A stretch of DNA of 21,281 nt, taken from IMG/VR virus record IMGVR_UViG_2671180673_000012, one strand, 5' to 3'. Shown one piece after another: positions 14,285 through 21,099 of the stretch (within the stretch, counting starts at the first letter, position 1; every line of letters starts with the position of its first letter). The translations under genes and the position numbers were made by a program. Under the pieces are notes generated by a model. The model did no database searches. It was given only the letters and a program-made list of their open reading frames with translations, and had not been told where the DNA came from. This DNA is from a virus. Its lineage: Duplodnaviria; Heunggongvirae; Uroviricota; Caudoviricetes.

Positions 14285-15368
14285 CTTCACTGAGTATCGG
14301 GGTGATAAGCTCAAACTAGCGAGAATGGCTGTTGGGCTTTCTTGTGAAGAGTTAGCCGAAAAAATTGGCAAGACAAAGCAATTCGTTAGCAAACTGGAGA
14401 AGGGGTGCAGGCCATCGGAGCAATGTCTTGAGTTAATATCTTCAGCGCTTATGATTAAGTCCAGTTTTCTTTTTACTGAACGAAAATACGCTCTGGAAAG
14501 TGATGTCTGCCATTTTCGGAGTAAGAAGTCCAGGACTCAAACGCTGACTAATAGTGTATTGGCCAGGGCTGAGATTCTTAATATTATAATTTCTGCTGTT
14601 GAAGGTGAAATCGAATTTCCTGACGTTAACATACCGGAGCACCCAGGGGCTGAATTACTTACTCCGAATGATATTGAGCGAGTGGCAGAAGATTGTCGCC
14701 GTGCCTGGAATTTAGGTCTTGGCCCTATATCATCAATGGTTAAATTGGCGGAGAGTTTAGGGGTAATCGTTGCGCATGTTACGGGAGTCGATGATCGTGT
14801 TGATGCTTTTACTGTTCACAATAACAGGCCTGTTATCATCAGGAACAATGTTAAAAAAAGCATATGTAGATTTCGCTCTGATTTAGGTCATGAATTAGGG
14901 CATTTAGTAATGCATGAGGGCATAACGACAGGTGATAAACTTACGGAATCACAAGCCGATCACTTTTCGAGCGCCTTATTAGTTCCCAGGTTATCTTTCA
15001 TTAAAGAATTTCCACGAATACGAGGTAAGCAATTCGACTGGAATGCTCTGGTTGAATTTAAACTTAGATGGAAAATCAGCCTTAAAATGTGTATTTATCG
15101 AGCCAGCGCATTAGGCTTATTGACCCAGGAACAGGCAAGAACTGGCTATATGCATCTTAATTCCAGAGGGTATACGAGAGTTGAACCTGGTGATGAACTT
15201 TTGCGCCCTGAAGAACCCGGCATGCTGGCCGAGGCGATTGAAATGCTGGATGATGCAACCTGGCTAAGAATTCTTATGAAAACTGGCTTGAGCCAAGATT
15301 TAATTCGTGAGTTGTTCTCCATCAACAGACCTATTACAAATCCAAGAAATATTTTCCAGATTGTTTGA
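14265..15368 (+). CDS. Fused XRE-family HTH + ImmA/IrrE-family (COG2856, HEXXH) zinc metallopeptidase
   Basis: N-terminal HTH (LSCEELAEKIGKTKQFVSKLEKG); HEXXH motif DLGHELGHLVMHEG in the central region; ATG at 14265 (ORF-track entry starts at GTG 14262). Confidence 0.8.
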   Translation: MEHQVNNFTEYRGDKLKLARMAVGLSCEELAEKIGKTKQFVSKLEKGCRPSEQCLELISSALMIKSSFLFTERKYALESDVCHFRSKKSRTQTLTNSVLARAEILNIIISAVEGEIEFPDVNIPEHPGAELLTPNDIERVAEDCRRAWNLGLGPISSMVKLAESLGVIVAHVTGVDDRVDAFTVHNNRPVIIRNNVKKSICRFRSDLGHELGHLVMHEGITTGDKLTESQADHFSSALLVPRLSFIKEFPRIRGKQFDWNALVEFKLRWKISLKMCIYRASALGLLTQEQARTGYMHLNSRGYTRVEPGDELLRPEEPGMLAEAIEMLDDATWLRILMKTGLSQDLIRELFSINRPITNPRNIFQIV

Positions 15369-15372
15369 GTAT

Positions 15373-15393
15373 ACCCGCTTCGGCGGGTTTTTT
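15373..15393 (+). terminator. Rho-independent terminator (copy 2, same sequence as 13537-13558)
   Basis: ACCCGC-TTCG-GCGGGT hairpin followed by TTTTTT. Confidence 0.7.
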
Positions 15394-15412
15394 GTTTTTA
15401 TTTTCAACGTGT

Positions 15413-15442
15413 TTGAAGTTTTGGACGGTGCCAGAATAGAAT
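15413..15442 (+). promoter_or_regulatory. Candidate promoter for the downstream rightward genes
   Basis: TTGAAG, 18-nt spacer, TAGAAT. Confidence 0.4.
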
Positions 15443-15477
15443 CAAAAATACTTAAGTAGCGCGCAGGGAGAAGAGGG

Positions 15478-15699
15478 ATGGACCCCGAACAGGGGGAGTG
15501 CTATTTATCTGGAAGGATTCTGTTGATGAAAATCGAAGAATTACGTGAAATTTTTAGTGAAGATGGCCTCTATGCTGTGCGCGTTGAGAATGGGGGTATT
15601 ACCTACACAGCGTTAATTCCTGATGATCATGTAGTGTTATCTGTTGAGGCATTCATTGAATACTTGGAAAGACTCGGTTTCAAGGTAGTTCGGGAATAA
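15478..15699 (+). CDS. Small hypothetical protein
   Basis: ATG at 15478 preceded by GGGAG; alternative ATG at 15526 has a GGAAGGA RBS 8 nt upstream, giving a 57-aa product. Confidence 0.5.
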   Translation: MDPEQGECYLSGRILLMKIEELREIFSEDGLYAVRVENGGITYTALIPDDHVVLSVEAFIEYLERLGFKVVRE

Positions 15700-15758
15700 G
15701 TTATAATACGTGAGCCAGCCTGAACAACTGGCAACCTGCAGCGCCATTGGAGATGACA

Positions 15759-16031
15759 ATGGCGCATAATTTCAAATTTCGCAATTCTGATTCTGCCTTT
15801 GCCAGCAGGCACGGGTGGCGTTCTCACGCATTCAAATATGACTGGTATCAGCACGATCCCTGTACTGAAGAACAGGCCGAATGGCTGATTCATAACTACC
15901 GCAGACGTGGATATGAGTTTAGGAAAGCCCTCACCCTCGATTATCGTCACTGGATAATCTACGTCAGACTCCCTTATTCCGAACGCCCACCGCGTCCGTC
16001 CCGCACATTCCAGCAACGCATCTGGAGGTAA
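15759..16031 (+). CDS. Hypothetical protein (about 90 aa)
   Basis: ATG at 15759 with GGAG 6 nt upstream (ORF-track entry starts at TTG 15747); stop abuts the next gene. Confidence 0.5.
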   Translation: MAHNFKFRNSDSAFASRHGWRSHAFKYDWYQHDPCTEEQAEWLIHNYRRRGYEFRKALTLDYRHWIIYVRLPYSERPPRPSRTFQQRIWR

Positions 16032-16032
16032 C

Positions 16033-17079
16033 GTGCGGGTATTACTTCGACCTGTTCTGGTACCGGAACTCGGGCTGGTGATCGTTAAGCCGGGCCGTGA
16101 ATCCATGCCGGTATTCCACAATACCCGGGTACTGGTGGAGCCGGAACCGAAAAGCATGCGTAATCTGCCGTCCGGGGTCGTTCCTGCCGTTCGCCAGCCG
16201 CTGGCGGAGGATAAATCATTACTGCCATTTTTCAGCGACGAACGAGTGATTCGTGCTGCTGGTGGCGCTGGCGCATTGTCTGANTGGTTACTGCGCCATG
16301 TTAAATCCTGCCAGTGGCCACACGGCGATTATCACCACAGTGAAACCGTCATTCACCGTTATGGTACCGGCGCAATGGTGTTGTGCTGGCACTGCGACAA
16401 CCAGCTGCGCGACCAGACCTCCGAATCACTCGGGCAACTTGCTCACCAAAACCTGTNTGCATGGATGATTGACGTCATACGCCATGCAATGAATGGCTCG
16501 CAGGAACGGGAATTATCGCTGGCTGAATTATCCTGGTGGGCGGTCCGCAATCAGGTGGCGGACGCGCTACCGGAAGCGGTATTACGTCGTTCGCTGGGGT
16601 TGCGTGCGGAAAAAATCCGCTCAATGTACCGTGAAAGCGACATCGTACCGGGAGAGCAGACCGCCACCAGCATACTGAAGCAGCGCACAAAAAATCTTGC
16701 GCCGCTGCCTCACGCCCACCAGCAAAACCCGCCACAGGAAGAGACGGTGGTCAGCATTGCCGTTGATCCTGAGTCTCCGGAATCTTTCATGAAACGACCT
16801 AAACGTCGCCGCTGGGTTAACGAGAAATACACACGCTGGGTGAAGACACAGCCGTGTGCGTGTTGTGGTAAGCCAGCCGACGATCCCCATCACCTGATTG
16901 GTCATGGTCAGGGCGGAATGGGGACAAAATCTCACGATATTTTCACGCTACCGCTGTGTCGGGAGCATCACAACGAGCTTCATGCGGATCCTCTGGCGTT
17001 CGAAGAAAAACATGGTTCTCAGGTTGATTTAATTTTTCGTTTTCTTGATCACGCCTTTGCAACTGGCGTGCTTGGGTAA
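16033..17079 (+). CDS. DUF968/YdfU-like protein with C-terminal HNH-like Cys/His motif
   Basis: 348 aa; CACCGKPADDPHHLIGHGQGG ... CREHHNELH at the C-terminus; GTG start with GGAGG RBS 4 nt upstream; two n-derived X residues. Confidence 0.75.
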   Translation: MRVLLRPVLVPELGLVIVKPGRESMPVFHNTRVLVEPEPKSMRNLPSGVVPAVRQPLAEDKSLLPFFSDERVIRAAGGAGALSXWLLRHVKSCQWPHGDYHHSETVIHRYGTGAMVLCWHCDNQLRDQTSESLGQLAHQNLXAWMIDVIRHAMNGSQERELSLAELSWWAVRNQVADALPEAVLRRSLGLRAEKIRSMYRESDIVPGEQTATSILKQRTKNLAPLPHAHQQNPPQEETVVSIAVDPESPESFMKRPKRRRWVNEKYTRWVKTQPCACCGKPADDPHHLIGHGQGGMGTKSHDIFTLPLCREHHNELHADPLAFEEKHGSQVDLIFRFLDHAFATGVLG

Positions 17080-17091
17080 AAGAGGTGACTG

Positions 17092-17466
17092 ATGCTCATA
17101 GATTTGGTTTTACCTTACCCGCCGACGGTGAACACTTACTGGCGACGCCGTGGCAGCACATATTTTATCTCGGAGGAGGGAAAGCGTTATCGCCGGGCTG
17201 TGGCGCTTATTGTTCGCCAGCAGCGGCTGAAATTAAGCCTGTCCGGAAGGCTGGCGATAAAGGTGATTGCAGAGCCACCGGATAAGCGTCGTCGCGACCT
17301 GGACAATATCCTGAAAGCACCGCTGGATGCGCTGACGCATGCGGGAGTGTTAATGGACGATGAGCAGTTTGATGAAATCAATATCGTTCGTGGTCAGCCA
17401 GTATCTGGTGGACGTATGGGGGTGAAGATTTACCCCATAATGCATGAAGAGCAGGTCAAAAAATGA
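17092..17466 (+). CDS. rusA: RusA-family Holliday junction resolvase
   Basis: 124 aa; RusA-like motifs (PPTVNTYWRRRG ... KRRRDLDNILKAPLDALTHAGVLMDDEQ); GAGGTG RBS 5 nt upstream. Confidence 0.85.
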   Translation: MLIDLVLPYPPTVNTYWRRRGSTYFISEEGKRYRRAVALIVRQQRLKLSLSGRLAIKVIAEPPDKRRRDLDNILKAPLDALTHAGVLMDDEQFDEINIVRGQPVSGGRMGVKIYPIMHEEQVKK

Positions 17467-18284
17467 AACTGGAAGATTTACCGAAATACTACTCCCCAAA
17501 ATCCCCTGGCCTGACCGATGCATCGGCCTCAACGTCAAAAGATGCGCTGAGTATCACTGATGTGATGGCCGCGCAGGGCATGACACAGAATCGGGCTGAG
17601 ATGGGGTTTTCTGCGTTCCTGGGGAAAATGGGCATCAGTATGAATGACAGGGCGCGGGCAACAGAATTACTGGCAGATTATGCACTCAGTCGGTGCGATC
17701 GTGTGGCGGCGTTGAGAAAACTTCCGGCAGAAATAAAACCGGTAGTGATGCGCATTATGGCTTCGTATGCGTTTGAAGATTATGCCCGTAGCGCGGCGAG
17801 CAAAAAACAGTGCCCCTGCTGTCACGGAAAAAAATTTATTGAAAGCGAGGTTTTTACAAACAAGATCCAGTATCCGGATGGTAAGCCACCAGTGTGGGCA
17901 AAGTGCACAAAAGGCGTGTATCCGTCTTACTGGGAAGAATGGAAAAAAGTCAGGGAGGTGGTAAAAGTTGCCTGTCCGGAGTGTGGCGGAAAGGGTGAGG
18001 TTTCCACCGCCTGTAAGGATTGCCGTGGGCGTGGTGTCGCCATTCATCGTGAAGAGTCGGTAAAACGTGGTATGCCTGTTATCAGAGANTGCCAGCGTTG
18101 TGGTGGTCGTGGCTGTGAAAGNCTNCCATCAACGGAGGCATTTAATGCCATATGCAAAGTGACGAGTGCTATCACGCTTGATACGTGGAAAAAATCAGTG
18201 AAACGCTTTTACGATACGTTGGTGGTTCGGTTTGACATTGAAGAGGCATGGGCGGAGCGGCAGTTAAAGAGGGTAACGCGATAG
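17463..18284 (+). CDS. Late-gene antitermination protein Q
   Basis: 273 aa starting MKLEDLPKYYSPKSP; repeated CxxCxGxG zinc-finger motifs; ATGA coupling to rusA; immediately upstream of the late promoter and terminator. Confidence 0.85.
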   Translation: MKLEDLPKYYSPKSPGLTDASASTSKDALSITDVMAAQGMTQNRAEMGFSAFLGKMGISMNDRARATELLADYALSRCDRVAALRKLPAEIKPVVMRIMASYAFEDYARSAASKKQCPCCHGKKFIESEVFTNKIQYPDGKPPVWAKCTKGVYPSYWEEWKKVREVVKVACPECGGKGEVSTACKDCRGRGVAIHREESVKRGMPVIRXCQRCGGRGCEXXPSTEAFNAICKVTSAITLDTWKKSVKRFYDTLVVRFDIEEAWAERQLKRVTR

Positions 18285-18289
18285 TGTTG

Positions 18290-18317
18290 TTGATTTTTCC
18301 CGAATCTGTGGTAAATT
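18290..18317 (+). promoter_or_regulatory. Candidate late promoter (pR'-like) with extended -10
   Basis: TTGATT, 16-nt spacer, TGgTAAATT, directly downstream of Q. Confidence 0.5.
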
Positions 18318-18365
18318 TGCTCTAACGATGGGCGTTTTATGCCTGACGTTAGAAGATTTTTTACA

Positions 18366-18389
18366 CCCCGCCGCCTGGCGGGTTTTTTA
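18366..18389 (+). terminator. Rho-independent terminator (tR'-like), presumed target of Q antitermination
   Basis: CCCGCC-GCCT-GGCGGG hairpin followed by TTTTTT, about 50 nt downstream of the promoter -10. Confidence 0.6.
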
Positions 18390-18510
18390 TGACTGAAATC
18401 GCGTCAGTACAGTAAACGCGCTGGTGGCGGTGAATACCTGTCTTTCAGCTTGCTGGCTTTTTCGACAAGAGTTATTGGTGTGTCACGTTAACCGGAAAAG
18501 GGAAAAAGAC

Positions 18511-18708
18511 ATGCTAAAACAGCAGGATATGACAGAAACCGCCAGAGTNGTGTTTAATGAATTAAGCGTTACCGAACCGGCGACAGTCGGGGAGATNGCN
18601 CAGAATACTTACCTTTCACGCGAACGCTGCCAGTTAATACTGACCCAGCTGGTTATGGCGGGTCTGGCAGACTATCAGTTCGGTTGTTACAGACGCCTTC
18701 CGCAGTGA
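18511..18708 (+). CDS. Small hypothetical protein (65 aa)
   Basis: ATG at 18511 with AAGGGA upstream; the ORF-track entry from 18424 is an N-terminal extension; n-derived X residues present. Confidence 0.45.
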   Translation: MLKQQDMTETARXVFNELSVTEPATVGEXXQNTYLSRERCQLILTQLVMAGLADYQFGCYRRLPQ

Positions 18709-18718
18709 AGGCTTTTTT
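18695..18718 (+). terminator. Hairpin plus T-tract overlapping the small-ORF stop
   Basis: GCCTTC-CGCAGT-GAAGGC followed by TTTTTT. Confidence 0.5.
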
Positions 18719-18858
18719 ATTTGTGGTAAATGGGCGGCTGGTGGGTGTTAGGGGCACCCACCAGCCATCTGCTCATGCGTTGGGTTCACAAGCAAACCTC
18801 AGGCCCACTGCTTTGCGCAAAAGCAGAATGAGCCTATCAGAGACAGGCTTAATGATCC

Positions 18859-19908
18859 ATGCTTAATACTGTAAAAATATCCAGTTGTGAGTTAATCAAC
18901 GCCGACTGCCTGGAATTTATCCGGTCGTTACCCGAAAATTCTGTTGACCTGATAGTCACGGACCCGCCGTACTTTAAAGTGAAGCCTGAGGGCTGGGATA
19001 ACCAGTGGAAGGGCGACGATGATTACCTGAAGTGGCTGGACCAGTGTCTGGCGCAGTTCTGGCGGGTGCTGAAACCTGCCGGAAGTCTTTACCTGTTCTG
19101 TGGTCATCGCCTGGCATCTGATATCGAAATCATGATGCGTGAACGCTTCAGTGTGCTGAACCATATTATCTGGGCGAAGCCGTCCGGACGCTGGAACGGA
19201 TGCAACAAGGAAAGCCTGCGGGCGTATTTCCCCGCCACAGAGCGCATTCTGTTCGCGGAACATTATCAGGGGCCGTATCGTCCGAAAGATGCCGGGTATG
19301 CGGCGAAGGGCAGTGCACTGAAACAGCATGTGATGGCCCCGCTGATTTCTTACTTTCGTGATGCGCGCGCGGCCCTGGGGATAACGGCAAAACAGATTGC
19401 AGATGCCACAGGAAAGAAAAACATGGTGTCGCACTGGTTCAGTGCCAGTCAGTGGCAGCTACCGAACGAAAGCGATTATCTGAAATTACAGTCGCTGTTT
19501 GCCCGGGTGGCAGAAGAGAAACATCAGCGCGGTGAACTGGAAAAGCCCCACCACCAGCTGGTGGATACGTATACGTCACTGAACCGGCAGTATGTGGAGC
19601 TGCAGAGTGAATATAAGCATCTGCGGCGGTATTTTGGTGTGACGGCGCAGGTGCCGTACACGGATGTGTGGACACATAAACCGGTGCAGTTCTATCCCGG
19701 GAAACATCCGTGCGAAAAACCGGCAGAAATGCTGCAGCAGATAATCAGCGCAAGCAGTCGTCCGGGTGACCTGGTTGCAGATTTTTTTATGGGCTCAGGT
19801 TCAACGGTAAAAGCNGCACTGGCGCTCGGGCGTCGTGCGATTGGCGTTGAACTGGAGACCGGACGTTTTGAGCAGACAGTCAGGGAAGTTCAGGATTTAA
19901 TCGTTTGA
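18859..19908 (+). CDS. DNA N6-adenine/N4-cytosine-family methyltransferase (DPPY motif), orphan phage methyltransferase
   Basis: 349 aa; motif IV DPPY near the N-terminus (LIVTDPPYF) and AdoMet-binding FFMGSGST near the C-terminus (beta-class order); no adjacent restriction endonuclease gene. Confidence 0.85.
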   Translation: MLNTVKISSCELINADCLEFIRSLPENSVDLIVTDPPYFKVKPEGWDNQWKGDDDYLKWLDQCLAQFWRVLKPAGSLYLFCGHRLASDIEIMMRERFSVLNHIIWAKPSGRWNGCNKESLRAYFPATERILFAEHYQGPYRPKDAGYAAKGSALKQHVMAPLISYFRDARAALGITAKQIADATGKKNMVSHWFSASQWQLPNESDYLKLQSLFARVAEEKHQRGELEKPHHQLVDTYTSLNRQYVELQSEYKHLRRYFGVTAQVPYTDVWTHKPVQFYPGKHPCEKPAEMLQQIISASSRPGDLVADFFMGSGSTVKXALALGRRAIGVELETGRFEQTVREVQDLIV

Positions 19909-19957
19909 AACGGATGAGATTGCAGAATTAATTACGCACCATTATTATTCTGCTNCC

Positions 19958-20033
19958 GGCCCTTTAGCTCAGTGGTGAGAGCGAGCGACTCATAATCGCC
20001 AGGTCGCTGGTTCAAATCCAGCAAGGGCCACCA
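19958..20033 (+). tRNA. ileZ: tRNA with CAU anticodon, Ile2 (lysidine)-type by resemblance to ileX/ileY
   Basis: Manual cloverleaf: acceptor GGCCCTT/AAGGGCC, D-arm GCTC..GAGC, anticodon loop CTCATAA, T-loop TTCAAAT, encoded CCA. Confidence 0.85.
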
Positions 20034-20040
20034 TCACATA

Positions 20041-20117
20041 CCGCCATTAGCTCATCAGGAAAGAGCGCCAGCCTTCGAAGCTGGTTGCGCGGAGTTCGGG
20101 TCCCCGAAGGCGGTCCA
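20041..20117 (+). tRNA. argN: tRNA-Arg (anticodon UCG) with atypical T-loop and one acceptor-stem mismatch
   Basis: Manual fold: D-arm GCTC..GAGC, anticodon stem CCAGC/GCTGG, loop CTTCGAA, T-loop TTCGGGT, encoded CCA. Confidence 0.7.
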
Positions 20118-20130
20118 TTATCTGTATCCT

Positions 20131-20207
20131 GCGTTGTTAGCTCAGCCGGACAGAGCAATTGCCTTCTAAGCAATCGGTCACTGGTTCGAATCCAGTACAA
20201 CGCGCCA
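20131..20207 (+). tRNA. argO: tRNA-Arg (anticodon UCU)
   Basis: Manual fold: acceptor GCGTTGT/ACAACGC, anticodon stem ATTGC/GCAAT, loop CTTCTAA, T-loop TTCGAAT, encoded CCA. Confidence 0.85.
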
Positions 20208-20223
20208 CACTTATTTTCCCTGG

Positions 20224-20246
20224 CTCGCTTTTGCGGGCTTTTTTTT
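20224..20246 (+). terminator. Rho-independent terminator after the tRNA cluster
   Basis: GCTCGC-TTT-GCGGGC hairpin (one G-U pair) followed by eight T. Confidence 0.55.
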
Positions 20247-20443
20247 AAATGTCTCACAATTCAGGCGGTTGACTGTTGTCTGGTTTGCGGGGAGTTTGTT
20301 AAAAGAAACTGGCATGGTGAATCCCCCTGTGCGGAGGGGCAATCAGCGAGTAGGTATATGGGATAATCGCGGATTCAGGTGCTGGTACTGAATTCACCGG
20401 GAGGCACCCGGCACCATGCAATGGCACATAGCGCCACTCTCCA

Positions 20444-20465
20444 GCCCCTCTCCGGAGGGGCTTTT
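20444..20465 (+). terminator. Hairpin terminator-like element
   Basis: GCCCCTC-TCCG-GAGGGGC followed by TTTT. Confidence 0.4.
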
Positions 20466-20656
20466 CTGTGCCGGATACATCACAGTTTCTGGAACCTTAG
20501 GTACTACAGTATCAGTCAGGGTGCTATATTTTCAGATGTGATGAAAGCCTGTCAGCAGGCAGGGCGTATCGGAAATGACCCAGTAGAGAAAACGTTGACT
20601 CAGATACCGGTGCTGAGTTACCGGGAAACCGGCATCACATGACCGCTATCCTTCCA

Positions 20657-20683
20657 GGCCCATCCGCTCCGGTGGGCCTTTTT
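20657..20683 (+). terminator. Hairpin terminator-like element just upstream of the IS boundary
   Basis: GGCCCA ... TGGGCC stem followed by TTTTT. Confidence 0.4.
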
Positions 20684-20772
20684 ACTGCAGAAAACAGGTT
20701 CCCCGTTAAATGCTATGTTGAACCGCCCCGGGAATCCTGGAGACTAAACTTCCTGAGAAAGAGGTAAACAGG

Positions 20773-21099
20773 ATGACTAAAAATACTCGTTTTTCCCCCG
20801 AAGTCCGTCAACGGGCAGTCCGTATGGTTCTGGAAAGTCAGAGCGAATATGACTCACAATGGGCGACAATTTGTTCCATTGCTCCAAAGATTGGCTGTAC
20901 GCCGGAGACTCTGCGTGTCTGGGTTCGCCAGCATGAGCGGGATACCGGGGGCGGTGATGGAGGGCTCACCACCGCTGAACGTCAGCGTCTGAAAGAGCTG
21001 GAACGTGAAAATCGTGAACTGCGCCGCAGTAACGATATCCTTCGCCAGGCTTCCGCTTATTTTGCGAAGGCGGAGTTCGACCGCCTCTGGAAAAAATGA
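20773..21099 (+). CDS. IS629-like transposase OrfA (HTH, leucine-zipper region)
   Basis: 108 aa: [19 protein letters not shown] ... [31 protein letters not shown], an IS3-family OrfA pattern. Confidence 0.85.
   Translation: MTKNTRFSPEVRQRAVRMVLESQSEYDSQWATICSIAPKIGCTPETLRVWVRQHERDTGGGDGGLTTAERQRLKELERENRELRRSNDILRQASAYFAKAEFDRLWKK

Larger units (their letters stand above)
1..20718. mobile_element. Lambdoid prophage, left arm (int-xis, early left operon, immunity, replication, nin-like region, Q, late promoter region, tRNAs); attL lies outside the window
   Basis: Gene order and orientation match the lambda paradigm; the integrase stop codon is at window positions 1-3, so the attachment site is left of the window. 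Confidence 0.8.

Noticed and set aside
13867-14642. Minus-strand ORFs 13867..14073 and 14442..14642
   Set aside because: Antisense within the two insert genes; AT-rich sequence yields chance open frames; no RBS.
15627-16157. Minus-strand 176-aa ORF 15627..16157
   Set aside because: Antisense to three coupled plus-strand genes; no RBS; low-complexity translation.
16253-17538. ORFs nested in the DUF968 and RusA genes (16253..16468, 16475..16735, 16493..16678, 16621..16935, 17085..17285, 17187..17381, 17350..17538)
   Set aside because: Nested in or antisense to genes with clear family signatures.
17667-18047. ORFs 17667..18047 (-) and 17767..17964 (+) inside Q
   Set aside because: Shadow ORFs of the Q gene.
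18684-18866. Plus-strand 60-aa ORF 18684..18866
   Set aside because: Runs through a terminator hairpin and the 12-bp perfect inverted repeat; no RBS; more likely structured non-coding sequence.
18928-19675. Minus-strand ORFs 18928..19434, 19166..19390, 19439..19675
   Set aside because: Antisense to the methyltransferase gene, whose motifs are unambiguous.
1540-19955. Scattered ambiguous bases (n), e.g. near 1540, 1721, 1991, 2024, 2169, 16274, 16457, 18079, 18122, 18549, 18600, 19815, 19955
   Set aside because: Not a biological feature; flagged as a draft-quality caveat that limits confidence in exact frames and starts, especially in the exonuclease, DUF968, Q and methyltransferase genes.
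20012-20366. ORFs 20012..20257 (-) and 20085..20366 (+)
   Set aside because: They overlap the three tRNA genes and the following terminator; tRNA cloverleaves explain the sequence.
20379-20642. Plus-strand 87-aa ORF 20379..20642
   Set aside because: Contains a strong hairpin-plus-T-tract element mid-ORF (20444-20465) and lacks an RBS; the C-terminal 33 codons (from the ATG at about 20544) could be a micro-ORF but support is weak.
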